In this document: in pieces, positions 1-8,387 of the stretch
How positions within the stretch are numbered: the stretch's first letter is position 1
Layout: each line of letters opens with the position of its first letter
NCBI GenBank assembly: GCA_035765675.1
Contig: DASTXC010000007.1
Location: 7,696 to 71,695 of the forward strand
Direction: 5' to 3'
Source: Verrucomicrobiia bacterium
GTDB taxonomy: Bacteria; Verrucomicrobiota; Verrucomicrobiia; Limisphaerales; DASXHY01
DNA length: 64,000 nucleotides
Notes under the pieces: generated by a model
The model's database searches: none
Seen by the model: the letters and a program-made list of their open reading frames with translations, nothing else
Told to the model about the DNA's origin: nothing
Translations under genes and position numbers: made by a program

Positions 1-1
1 G

Positions 2-1126
2 GTTGCCGTCGTTTCTGGCGCCACCACAGATACCTATGAATGGGACGGGGCCAATCGCCTGACCGCCGTAGAACGTGTGACCAGCGGCGCGCGGGTGAGC
101 CGTTCGGAATTCAGCTATGATGGCCTGGGCCGGAGGGTTAAAATCGTGGAAAAGAATGGAACAGGAGCTACCACAAGCACGAAATTATTTCTCTGGTGTG
201 GATCAGAACTGTGTCAGGAGCAAAATTCCGGTGGCACCATTACAAAGGAGTTCTTCAGCCAAGGTGAAGTTCGGGGTGCTTCGAAGTATTTTTACACGCG
301 TGATCATTTGGGAAGCATTCGCGAGGTTGTTGATTATAGTGGTAACATATTAGCCAGATATGATTATGATCCCTACGGAGCACGCACAAAGGTAACCGGA
401 ACATTCGATTGTGATTTCGGATTTTGCGGCTATTATGTTCATGAGCCAAGCGGGCTATTCCTGACACTTTTCAGAGCCTACGGCTCCGATACAGGACGTT
501 GGCTGAATAGGGATCCAATCGGCGAACTCGGCGGTTTGAACCTCTACAACTACGTTTACAACAACCCGGTCAATTTCATCGACCCGTACGGACTATTCCA
601 AACAGGGATGTTTGTCCGTGGCGCGATTGGCGCGGTTGTAAGCGGCGTTGGTGCTGTCGTCGGATACGCAGCGGCGACTACCGGAGTTGGCACGATCCCG
701 GGAGGCGCACTGGGGATATATTCTTCCTATCAGTTTGGGGCGAACGTCGGGAACATGATCAATGCGTTCGGTGATGGTCCGGCTGGTCCGGCTGGTCCGG
801 CTGAAGCAGCGGCAACTCTGGCGACGGACAATCCGAATGTTCAGAAGTGCGGGCAAATTGCGGATTTGGCAATACCACTCGCGCTATCATTTGGAGCATC
901 GCCACAATGGTCACGGCTGCCTACAACTGCGCTGGGGCGGCCAGGGACAATTGCTGGTGCTGTGCAAAGAGTTCCAGGCGATCCAAATGTTGTCTATCCA
1001 TTCCTCCAAGCGTTCCAGTATGCCGATGCAGCCATCACTGTTTACGAAGGCTGGAATTGGGTCGGGCCTTCCTCGACAACACAAGTTAATCAACCACCGG
1101 CTCAAGTTGTTGGGCCAAGACCATAA
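2..1126 (+). CDS. RHS/YD-repeat protein, C-terminal part (5' end outside window), with RHS-associated core and variable C-terminal toxin domain
   Basis: The frame is open from nt 2 (..YEWDGANRLTAV..). YD repeats are present (FSYDGLGRR, YDYDPYG). The core ends in GRWLNRDPIGELGGLNLYNYVYNNPVNFIDPYGL (DPYGL = 581-595). A 176-aa Gly/Ala-rich tail follows. Confidence 0.85.
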   Translation, partial: VAVVSGATTDTYEWDGANRLTAVERVTSGARVSRSEFSYDGLGRRVKIVEKNGTGATTSTKLFLWCGSELCQEQNSGGTITKEFFSQGEVRGASKYFYTRDHLGSIREVVDYSGNILARYDYDPYGARTKVTGTFDCDFGFCGYYVHEPSGLFLTLFRAYGSDTGRWLNRDPIGELGGLNLYNYVYNNPVNFIDPYGLFQTGMFVRGAIGAVVSGVGAVVGYAAATTGVGTIPGGALGIYSSYQFGANVGNMINAFGDGPAGPAGPAEAAATLATDNPNVQKCGQIADLAIPLALSFGASPQWSRLPTTALGRPGTIAGAVQRVPGDPNVVYPFLQAFQYADAAITVYEGWNWVGPSSTTQVNQPPAQVVGPRP

Positions 1127-1135
1127 CGATGAAGT

Positions 1136-1426
1136 ATGGAATTGTTGCTCAAAATTGCTGTGGGACTGATGGCTTTGGGGCTTGGCTTCACGGTCATAGA
1201 CTTCTTCTTGGCGAAACTGTTGTTCAAGATGTATCCCGACCCGAACTGTTGGGATGAAGCGTTGAGTTCACCAGACCTCAGCCCGGAACAGCGGAGCAGT
1301 TTGGAGCAACGGCAACGTCTTTACCAAAACGGTATCTCTCACCGTTTTCGTAAATGGGGAATCACGCTCTTGTTGTTCGGTGTTCTGCTGTTCGCGACAG
1401 TCGGAATCATCCACGTCAGCCGCTAA
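1136..1426 (+). CDS. small two-helix membrane protein, candidate cognate immunity protein of the upstream RHS toxin
   Basis: It starts 10 nt after the RHS stop on the same strand. It has two hydrophobic helices (LLLKIAVGLMALGLGFTVIDFFLA; ITLLLFGVLLFATVGII). The call rests on position only. Confidence 0.5.
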   Translation: MELLLKIAVGLMALGLGFTVIDFFLAKLLFKMYPDPNCWDEALSSPDLSPEQRSSLEQRQRLYQNGISHRFRKWGITLLLFGVLLFATVGIIHVSR

Positions 1427-1891
1427 CCGAACAACCCAACGGCGGCTGTCCCGCACAAACGGTGAGAAGGATTTTGCACCGCTCGCGGTGGAGTTGGTCG
1501 GCCACCCGCGCTGCCGCACACTCAAATGGAAAAACCACGAGGTGCTCCGCGGGGTCTTCCAGGGTTGTGCCGTCACGGCCTGTGCGGGAAGCACCCTACC
1601 GCTCGGAGAAAAAACAAGTTTGCTCGCTCAGGTAAGACTTGAAACGGTTGGGCAATCAGAGACAATGATGTGCCAATAAGGCTCTTCAATTGTTCCTTTT
1701 TTTTGGCGTTAAATGGTGAAATTGACACCACCCGGTGGGTTACCAAAAATTCCTCCTCGACGATCTGTTATCGACAATTTTATTTGTTCTGATTCGAACA
1801 TGGACGAGTGTGTCTTTTCTTAACTGAAATGAGACGATTTGAAATCGTTTTGATCCAAGCATCTATGCAAGCGGAAACCTGGTATCGCCAG

Positions 1892-1925
1892 GAAAAAACC
1901 GCCAGTGCTTAAAAGCACGGCGGTT
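1892..1925 (-). terminator. rho-independent terminator downstream of the MTase-like gene
   Basis: The hairpin is accgccagtgctt/aagcacggcggt. It is followed on the minus strand by a T-run (the complement of gaaaaaa at 1892-1898). Confidence 0.55.
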
Positions 1926-1965
1926 ACAGGGAGAAACATCCTTTGTTGCGGGGTTGCGGCCGCAG

Positions 1966-2733
1966 TCAACCGAACTGCAACTCCTGCTTGTGCAGTGCAG
2001 TTCGAATCTGCTCCATTTCCTCCACTTTCGGCGGTTCTCCTTGGCCGATGTCCTTTCGTGGTTCCAGCGGGCACATGGCCGCAATCGGGTGCATTGGCAA
2101 TAATGATAGCCACGGCATAATCCAATGGATGTTGGACCATGCCGCCCAGCATTCGGGTGACAGTGAGTTTCCGTGAATGACCCTTGTGGGGATGCCCCAA
2201 AGAGTCGTGTTGATGAACGCCATGTCGCAGGCTGTGCGATTGATGTCGATTGCGGTGAACCGCAGTCGGCGTCGGACTTCCGGCGGACACGCTTCCGCGA
2301 ATGAGAGAATCATCGCTCCGGCACCGCAAGCCGGCTCGCAAACGTTGATTGGACTATCTGATTTAACGGAATCCAAATTGCCGACCGTGATCTGTGCCAT
2401 GAGATCACAAACAGGCTTCGGGGTGTGGAACTCTCCATTCCATTTTTGTCCCTTCGAAGATATGGCGCATTCCATATAGAATCCGCCAATCAGGTCTTCG
2501 AAGGGGTGCTGTTCCATTTCGGCGATAAGAGCGCCAAGCGCGTTTCCGAACAATTCCAATTCTGCCCGTTCCCACCGCCCGGCTTCTTCGAGGTATTCCG
2601 GTTCCCGTGTCTGTGCTGCAAGAGCGCAGGCCGAGAGCCGGACAAAGGCATCGAAGACGCGACGGATGTCGCGGCTGTGGGAAAGGTGCTTCAGAATGTC
2701 ACGGAAATCGCATTCTCGCGATTTCGTGCTCAT
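1966..2733 (-). CDS. N6-adenine DNA methyltransferase-like protein (HsdM/N6_Mtase type) with non-canonical motif IV
   Basis: GEFHTPKPVCDLMAQI matches motif X. VCEPACGAGAMIL matches motif I (SAM binding). GNSL is present, but no (D/N)PP(Y/F/W) motif follows. The nearest match is SNIHW. Confidence 0.65.
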   Translation of the reverse strand: MSTKSRECDFRDILKHLSHSRDIRRVFDAFVRLSACALAAQTREPEYLEEAGRWERAELELFGNALGALIAEMEQHPFEDLIGGFYMECAISSKGQKWNGEFHTPKPVCDLMAQITVGNLDSVKSDSPINVCEPACGAGAMILSFAEACPPEVRRRLRFTAIDINRTACDMAFINTTLWGIPTRVIHGNSLSPECWAAWSNIHWIMPWLSLLPMHPIAAMCPLEPRKDIGQGEPPKVEEMEQIRTALHKQELQFG

Positions 2734-3230
2734 GATGTGCTGTAGAAGTAACCGAGAGATTTGAGCGATTGGTGCCGATTGGCACCCATGATCACATGAT
2801 CGACAACTTCGATCTTGAGAAGTTGACCGGCCCGGATGAGGTCCCGCGTCACTTTCACATCGGCTTCGCTCGGCTCTGGTTCGCCCGATGGGTGGTTATG
2901 AACGAGGACGATGCCCCGTGCGCCGGCTGCCATCGCGCCTTTGAAGACAAGCGTTGGCGAGACAAGCAAACAATCCTGCGAGCCGATCGTGAGCAACTGA
3001 TGTCCCCGGATGCGCTTTCGAATATTGAGCCAAAGAGCCACCATGCACTCGCATTCCGGGTTGAAATACGGGTGGGTGACAATGTGCATCCGCCAGTATT
3101 CCGCCACCTTTTCCGGCGCATCACACAAAACCATGTGTTCTGGAACCGGGCATTCGCGCAAGGCGACAAGCTTCCATTCCTTGGGCTGTTTCAATATCGG
3201 TCGAGTGGGTATTTCTGAGGGTGATTCCAT
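2730..3230 (-). CDS. radC: RadC-like JAB/MPN domain protein
   Basis: GIVLVHNHPSGEPEPSEADVKVTRDL is the JAMM HxHPSG..S.D signature. There is a 4-nt overlap with the downstream MTase-like gene. Confidence 0.9.
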   Translation of the reverse strand: MESPSEIPTRPILKQPKEWKLVALRECPVPEHMVLCDAPEKVAEYWRMHIVTHPYFNPECECMVALWLNIRKRIRGHQLLTIGSQDCLLVSPTLVFKGAMAAGARGIVLVHNHPSGEPEPSEADVKVTRDLIRAGQLLKIEVVDHVIMGANRHQSLKSLGYFYSTS

Positions 3231-3376
3231 TTTAATCCTTTCAATCCGTCCGCCGTGAATCGGGTGCTTCTCGTGTGGGAATTCCTTCGCTGGAAGCCGG
3301 ACGGCAGCAGCGAGAGAATGCGGTAAACCGCGAAGAAGAAGGCAACCTCTCTCTCAGGCGAGAGAGGTTGGTTGAG

Positions 3377-3661
3377 TTAATAGTCTTCGGGGAGCAGAAT
3401 GGTAGTGTATGACTGGTCTGCTTCCGTGATGATCCAGAATTTCACTCTGTTCCGTGATTGGAATACGGAGAGAATGCGTGTGCCATGAATGATCGCTTTT
3501 TCATTTGCAGCTCGATCATGAGCATCAACATCTCCCCAATCGCCAGCCTGATGCCGGCCAATTCCAATAAGGATGTCATCTGGAGCGAGTTGGGCGGCGG
3601 CATTTGCCGTTGCCACGATGCGGCCGAGTCGGAAACGCGCAACTGGAGTATTGACGTTCAT
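3377..3661 (-). CDS. small conserved plasmid/ICE-type hypothetical protein
   Basis: 94 aa with a GDWGDVDAHD motif, overlapping the upstream ORF by 4 nt. I recognise the flavour from conjugative-element leading regions but cannot name the family. Confidence 0.5.
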   Translation of the reverse strand: MNVNTPVARFRLGRIVATANAAAQLAPDDILIGIGRHQAGDWGDVDAHDRAANEKAIIHGTRILSVFQSRNRVKFWIITEADQSYTTILLPEDY

Positions 3662-3987
3662 AGCTGGTAATCCTCAAAGGTTGCGGCCAAGCCGTCTTCG
3701 TCGTCGCCCAGCAGTTCTTCCAAGGCGGCCTTCGTCTGAAGACGATCAGGATTCGGTTTGGCGTCTTTGGGACAGCAGGGACAGCGAATGACGTTGATCA
3801 CACTTTGCCCGAACTCCCAGCCAGCGGCTCGGAATTCATCCCGATACCGTTTGATGAGCTTTTGGCTTCGCGGAAGGAATTGCCAGGCTTCGGCTTTTTT
3901 GACCGATATACCAGTTTCGAATACAGCGTCATTCCAGAGATGATCCACATCCCAGGGTTCGTTGCAGGTTGAACAATGCACATCCAT
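3658..3987 (-). CDS. Cys-rich (CxxC ... CPCC) small hypothetical protein, putative zinc ribbon
   Basis: CSTCNEPWD and RCPCCPKD form a four-Cys pair. The gene is part of an operon-like chain. Confidence 0.5.
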   Translation of the reverse strand: MDVHCSTCNEPWDVDHLWNDAVFETGISVKKAEAWQFLPRSQKLIKRYRDEFRAAGWEFGQSVINVIRCPCCPKDAKPNPDRLQTKAALEELLGDDEDGLAATFEDYQL

Positions 3988-3989
3988 AT

Positions 3990-4301
3990 TCAGACTCCTT
4001 TCTCCATGCGAAGTATGGACTGCACTGCTCGTTCGACTTCATTGCTGGTGAGCTTCCAGGTATCCGGCAAACCGGCAATGACCGTCCATTTGAAGCGCTG
4101 ATGTATATCGAGCGCCTGCGGATCGTCCTGTAGGTGACTGGAGAGAATTGCGAGCGCGAGCTGAGCTGGACCGCTGCCGCTGCATCCCCATTCGAAACCG
4201 TCGGGGCTGTGGCTGTGGAGGTCGAGCCTCGGATCGAGAAGTTCACCGTCGACGGTGACAATGGCACCGGCTTTGGTGCGACGTCCTTCATACACGCTCA
4301 C
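3990..4301 (-). CDS. small hypothetical protein
   Basis: 103 aa with a HSPDGFEWGCSGSGPAQLALAIL motif. It overlaps the primase stop by 4 nt. Confidence 0.5.
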   Translation of the reverse strand: MSVYEGRRTKAGAIVTVDGELLDPRLDLHSHSPDGFEWGCSGSGPAQLALAILSSHLQDDPQALDIHQRFKWTVIAGLPDTWKLTSNEVERAVQSILRMEKGV

Positions 4302-5329
4302 AGATATGCCTCCGTGATCGTTTGAATTTCTTCCGCCGTGAGTTGGTCGGGCTGGGTGCCTTCTCTTTCGAACGTGTGAACTTTTACGAAACAGAAGTTC
4401 GCCAACCGCGCGGCGATGTCAGCCCGACCAGTGATTCCCGCCTCATCTTCATCAAGCATGATGACGATTCGAGGGAACTTGTCTCTGTGGGCTTTCAACC
4501 GCTCTTCCTGGGCTGCCGACAGGGTGCTGCCCATGAGGGCGACAACCTTGCGACAGCCATATTGGAAGAGCCTCATGCAGTCGAAGAATCCTTCGACGAT
4601 GATGAGCGGCATTTCCGGCGGCTCCTGAAGTGCCTGATCCAGATGAAACAGTTCTAGGGACTTCTTGAATCCAGGCGGGAGTTTGTATTTTGCCTCGTCG
4701 TCGCCCGGTTCACCGATGAACCGCCCGGCATACGCCACAATGAAACCGGCCTGATCTCGGATGGGGATGGCAATTCTATCTGCCATTATCCCTTTGCCGC
4801 AGAAGCCGATCTCAAAATGGCTGATTGTTTCCGGGGAAAGGCCACGTTCCTCAAGATACGGATGTTCCGGATCGAGCTTCTCCAGTTTGAACTTCAGCGG
4901 CTTGTTGGGTGTGGTGTCTTCCGGTGGTGGTGTGGGTTTCGGTCTGGGTTTTGAATCAAGCTTCCGTTTCGGCGTTTCCACTTCCTCTTCGGTGTTTTCT
5001 GACTCCGCATCGCGTTCAAACGATTTCGGATCGAGATTGAACCATTCCACGGCTTTGAGTGCCGCAGCGTGAATGCTCACGTCTTCCATTTTGGCGATGA
5101 AATCCAAAACATTTCCGCCGTGTTTGCACTCGCTGAAACAGTTGAACACGTTTTTGCTGATGCTCACGCGGAACTGCGTCGGATTGCTTCCTTTGTGGAT
5201 CGGACAAGGACCAGAGAGGCTGTCGCCGCTGCGTTTGAACTTGTCGAGAAGACCGTATCGGTCGAGAACTTGTTCCATGGTGACGGCCGCTTTGATGGCC
5301 TTGAAGTCAACGAACATAGATTTGGGCAT
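4298..5329 (-). CDS. DNA primase (CHC2 zinc finger + TOPRIM)
   Basis: GPCPIHKGSNPTQFRVSISKNVFNCFSECKHGGNVLDF is a CHC2 finger. IIVEGFFDCMRL ... VALMGS ... MLDEDEAG is a Toprim domain. I chose the internal ATG at 5327-5329 because AGGAG lies 6 nt upstream. The longest ORF extends to 5455. Confidence 0.85.
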   Translation of the reverse strand: MPKSMFVDFKAIKAAVTMEQVLDRYGLLDKFKRSGDSLSGPCPIHKGSNPTQFRVSISKNVFNCFSECKHGGNVLDFIAKMEDVSIHAAALKAVEWFNLDPKSFERDAESENTEEEVETPKRKLDSKPRPKPTPPPEDTTPNKPLKFKLEKLDPEHPYLEERGLSPETISHFEIGFCGKGIMADRIAIPIRDQAGFIVAYAGRFIGEPGDDEAKYKLPPGFKKSLELFHLDQALQEPPEMPLIIVEGFFDCMRLFQYGCRKVVALMGSTLSAAQEERLKAHRDKFPRIVIMLDEDEAGITGRADIAARLANFCFVKVHTFEREGTQPDQLTAEEIQTITEAYL

Positions 5330-5482
5330 GATTGCTCCTGTAGTTGGAATTGTTAATGTGCTAACGCCGGCTCGAAGAAATGAGCCGACTCCTGAAAGCA
5401 ATCCTACTGAGAAAAAAGAAAAGTCGTAGGCATGGAATCCTGTCGCGGGCGGCAAGTTGTGAAAATCGAAAGCAAGCGACGT

Positions 5483-6385
5483 TCAACCCAGGATCGTCCC
5501 CGTCTGGCCCGTTCTTCCAGCCTGGCAAATGTGGGAAAGTATTTGTGCCGGCCGTTCGAGTATTTTTGTGTCCGTAAAAAGAAACAGGCCGTGGCCGGTT
5601 TTCAATCTGGAGCACGCCTCGATAAGCGATTTCACGCGCTCTGGACTGGTCGCCACGGTCAAAACTCGGAAACGATTGAAACCAAAATTCTTTTCGTGAA
5701 TTGCTTGCGCCCAAGTGGCTTCATACGCAAGCAACTTGCGATAAAAGGAAGATTGCGAAAGCGTTTTGCGAGTGACGGGCATGGTGCCTCGATCAGCTTC
5801 CAGGAAAAAATATGAGCGTTGAATATTTCCATCTGAGCCGGTGAACTCCAACGCGAACACGCGATCAGGTGCGACGCTGAACCTTTGTCCCTGCACATTC
5901 ATCTTCCACCGAAACGGTTGGTTGGCTTTCGCAAGGTCCTGTTCGGCCAAAAGACGGATTCCGTTCTGCCGACAAGCAAGCTCAATCGAAACCACGATGT
6001 CTGACACAAGCAAGGCGTGTTTCAGGAACACGCGCCGGTCTGAATTGTCATCTTCATCCCAAGGGACAAAGCGGAACATCGGACCTAACTCGTTCTTGAG
6101 CAGCGCGGCACCATGACGTCCAAGGCAATACACCATCACATTTGAGCCGCCATGATGGTAATAGTCTATTTGGGCGCGAGGCCGCGTCAGATATCCGTTG
6201 TGGTAAAGCAATTTCAACCTTCGCAATACCTGCTGCGTGCTGCCCGGAACGAGGGCGCAAATGTGTGACGAGCGCAAAAAGCGATGGCGATATACCAGCC
6301 GAAGTATCTGAACGTCACGCTCGGTCAATTGAAAAGCCGGGGCATCGGAGGAACGCTGGAAACGTGGAAGCCTGGATAAAGACAT
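5483..6385 (-). CDS. replication-relaxation family protein (wHTH), candidate relaxase-like/initiator protein
   Basis: The N-terminal LTERDVQILRLVYRHRFLRSSHICAL wHTH, the size, and the position between a primase and a coupling ATPase are typical of this family. The call is by recognition only. Confidence 0.6.
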   Translation of the reverse strand: MSLSRLPRFQRSSDAPAFQLTERDVQILRLVYRHRFLRSSHICALVPGSTQQVLRRLKLLYHNGYLTRPRAQIDYYHHGGSNVMVYCLGRHGAALLKNELGPMFRFVPWDEDDNSDRRVFLKHALLVSDIVVSIELACRQNGIRLLAEQDLAKANQPFRWKMNVQGQRFSVAPDRVFALEFTGSDGNIQRSYFFLEADRGTMPVTRKTLSQSSFYRKLLAYEATWAQAIHEKNFGFNRFRVLTVATSPERVKSLIEACSRLKTGHGLFLFTDTKILERPAQILSHICQAGRTGQTGTILG

Positions 6386-6388
6386 GAT

Positions 6389-7705
6389 TTAGTCGTTAGC
6401 TGCTAAACTTAACGGCCTCATCCAGCGGTTCAGTTTGTCTTCAATGACTGGTCGCCTCATGGCAAATCGTTGACGAGATCTCTTGATGAGCCTGTCGCTT
6501 CGCCCGACACGGTTTTCAAGCGGCGGCAGCGTCCGTGCGCGGAACGGCTCTTTGTTCGTGCCGTTATCAAGCAACTTCACGACAGCTTCATATCGGTTAA
6601 GGTCGGCAATGGCCGCCGCTGAAAATGTATGACCAAACTCTTTCTCTATGATTTCGGCATCCGCATATCCGACACGGAAGGAGATCAGCGTTCCGGCATT
6701 TCCGAACACCGCCTGACGGACTGGAAGCGAGAGCTGATCAACGTATTGGTGGGACAAAATCAAGCATGAACGATACTTGCGAGCCTCGGCGAGAATGGAA
6801 GCGAAAGCGTCAGTCGAGAAATTCTGAAACTCGTCGATGAACAGGTAGAAGTCTTTGCGTTCGTGTTCAGGGCGATTTGAACGGGCCATTGCCGCGAGTT
6901 GAAACTGTGTCGTGAGCAACGAACCAAGCAGGTTCGCTTTCTCGTGCCCGAGTTTTCCTTTGGAAAGATTCGCAATGAACAGCCGTTCGTTGTTCATGAT
7001 GTATGGGATCTTCACTCGGGCGCGGACTTGACCCAGAATGTTTCGCACTACCGGGTTCAACAGGAATTGCCCAAGCTTGTTTTGAATCGGCGCGATGGCC
7101 TCGCGGCGGAAGCGGTCGTCGTATCCTTCATATTCTTCGGCCCAAAAGGCTCGGATGAATGGGTCTTTGATTTGGTGCACAACTTTGGCGCGGAACACCG
7201 GGTCAACCAGCATTCGGTTCACGCCCAGGAGCGTGGCGTTTTTGCAGTCGAGGAGTGCCGCGACGGAATTGTAAAGGATGTATTCAAGGCGCGGGCCCCA
7301 CGAATCGCGCCAGATGCCTTTGAATGCGCTCACCACGCCTGAAGCCACCAGGTGCCGGTCGTCCGGTGCAACATTAGCGAGCACATTCATTCCAATCGGG
7401 TGCTCAAGATCACTGGGATTGAAATATGTAAGATCGTCCGCGCGTTTTGGCGGAATATGGTGCAACAATTCGTCCGCAAGGTCGCCGTGCGGATCAATGA
7501 CGCCCACGCCATGGCCCATTGCGATGTGTTGAACAATTAAATTCCGCAACAGGGTCGTCTTGCCAGTGCCGGTCTTACCGATGATATAGATATGTTGGCG
7601 CTGGTCCTCCTTGGACACGCCAAAACGCTGGGGATTGCCCCAGCCGTCGCGTTCACCAATTATGATGCAAGGTTCTGATTCCAAAACCAGTCGCCACTTC
7701 TGCAA
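6389..7705 (-). CDS. TraD/VirD4/FtsK-HerA-type DNA-transfer coupling ATPase (T4CP-like, no TM segment)
   Basis: Walker A is GKTGTGKTT and the Walker B-like motif is LFIDEFQNF. The context is a conjugative element. Confidence 0.75.
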   Translation of the reverse strand: MQKWRLVLESEPCIIIGERDGWGNPQRFGVSKEDQRQHIYIIGKTGTGKTTLLRNLIVQHIAMGHGVGVIDPHGDLADELLHHIPPKRADDLTYFNPSDLEHPIGMNVLANVAPDDRHLVASGVVSAFKGIWRDSWGPRLEYILYNSVAALLDCKNATLLGVNRMLVDPVFRAKVVHQIKDPFIRAFWAEEYEGYDDRFRREAIAPIQNKLGQFLLNPVVRNILGQVRARVKIPYIMNNERLFIANLSKGKLGHEKANLLGSLLTTQFQLAAMARSNRPEHERKDFYLFIDEFQNFSTDAFASILAEARKYRSCLILSHQYVDQLSLPVRQAVFGNAGTLISFRVGYADAEIIEKEFGHTFSAAAIADLNRYEAVVKLLDNGTNKEPFRARTLPPLENRVGRSDRLIKRSRQRFAMRRPVIEDKLNRWMRPLSLAAND

Positions 7706-8022
7706 CCCGAAAGTCCCGTGTCATCAGACCACCGCGGTTACCCGCGAAGCGGCGCCTGCAGGGTGTGTGGGGGCACGCTGGCGAGGTAATGGCGACTGGT
7801 TTTGAAATCCAACAAGTGGATTCAGATCAGAGAATATATCGAGGAGACAGATTGTTGCAGGCCCGGAACATTGTCGTGCACGGCAACATTAGACGGCAGA
7901 TTTGCCGCATTTTTATACGGTTGTATCGGTCGTGAATCCGTCGTTTTCTCCGCGCCTTGGCGTGAAGTCCCGCGGAGCGATTCAGTGTTTCGGCGCGAAG
8001 CGCCTCATCTTAAAACCAGTCC

Positions 8023-8165
8023 CCCCAACGTGTCGGCCCGTTTTGATAAAAACGGCTACCGGCCGACTTAACGCTTTTTGGTAAAGGACACCGGTTAGGG
8101 GGACTGCATCCCGATAGCCGCAGGAAAAAGCGTTAAGTCGGGCGGTAGCCGACGACACGTTGGGG
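8023..8165. other. long branched inverted repeat (candidate oriT / single-strand initiation site / structured RNA)
   Basis: The left arm is ccccaacgtgtcg..ggctaccggccgacttaacgcttttt (8023-8079). It pairs with aaaaagcgttaagtcgggcggtagccgacgacacgttgggg (8126-8165). The left arm carries a nested mini-hairpin, ccgtttt-gata-aaaacgg. Confidence 0.6.
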
Positions 8166-8387
8166 GAACTCGTGGTGCGGCGGTTAAGCCGTGGAATCGT
8201 GAAAGTGAGTGGCGTAAACCACTACATGTCATGTATATACACTCTAAAGTAAGGGCTTTTGAGGCTCCGTGTTCCGAACGAATTAAAGGAATTTAGCCTA
8301 TTACTCCAGTGATTTTGACAGTCAAAACAAAATATGCTTGAATTAAAGCCAGTTGCATTGTTGGCGGCAATTTTTCGGGAATCGCTC

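Noticed and set aside
1354-1679. ORFs 1354-1635, 1380-1679 and 1268-1594 between the immunity gene and the element.
   Set aside because: They are mutually overlapping, low-complexity and carry no motifs. They are probably non-coding junction DNA.
1996-2020. tRNA T-arm-like string gcag-ttcgaat-ctgc.
   Set aside because: No matching 5' acceptor arm, D-arm or anticodon arm lies upstream. It sits inside the MTase-like ORF.
5361-5815. ORFs 5361-5714 and 5432-5815 between the primase and the replication-relaxation gene.
   Set aside because: They overlap better-supported genes on the opposite strand or in another frame. The primase start is better placed at 5329, which has an AGGAG site.
7802-8084. 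ORFs 7802-8071 and 7902-8084.
   Set aside because: They run through the long inverted repeat and have no motif support. The region is better explained as a structured non-coding element.
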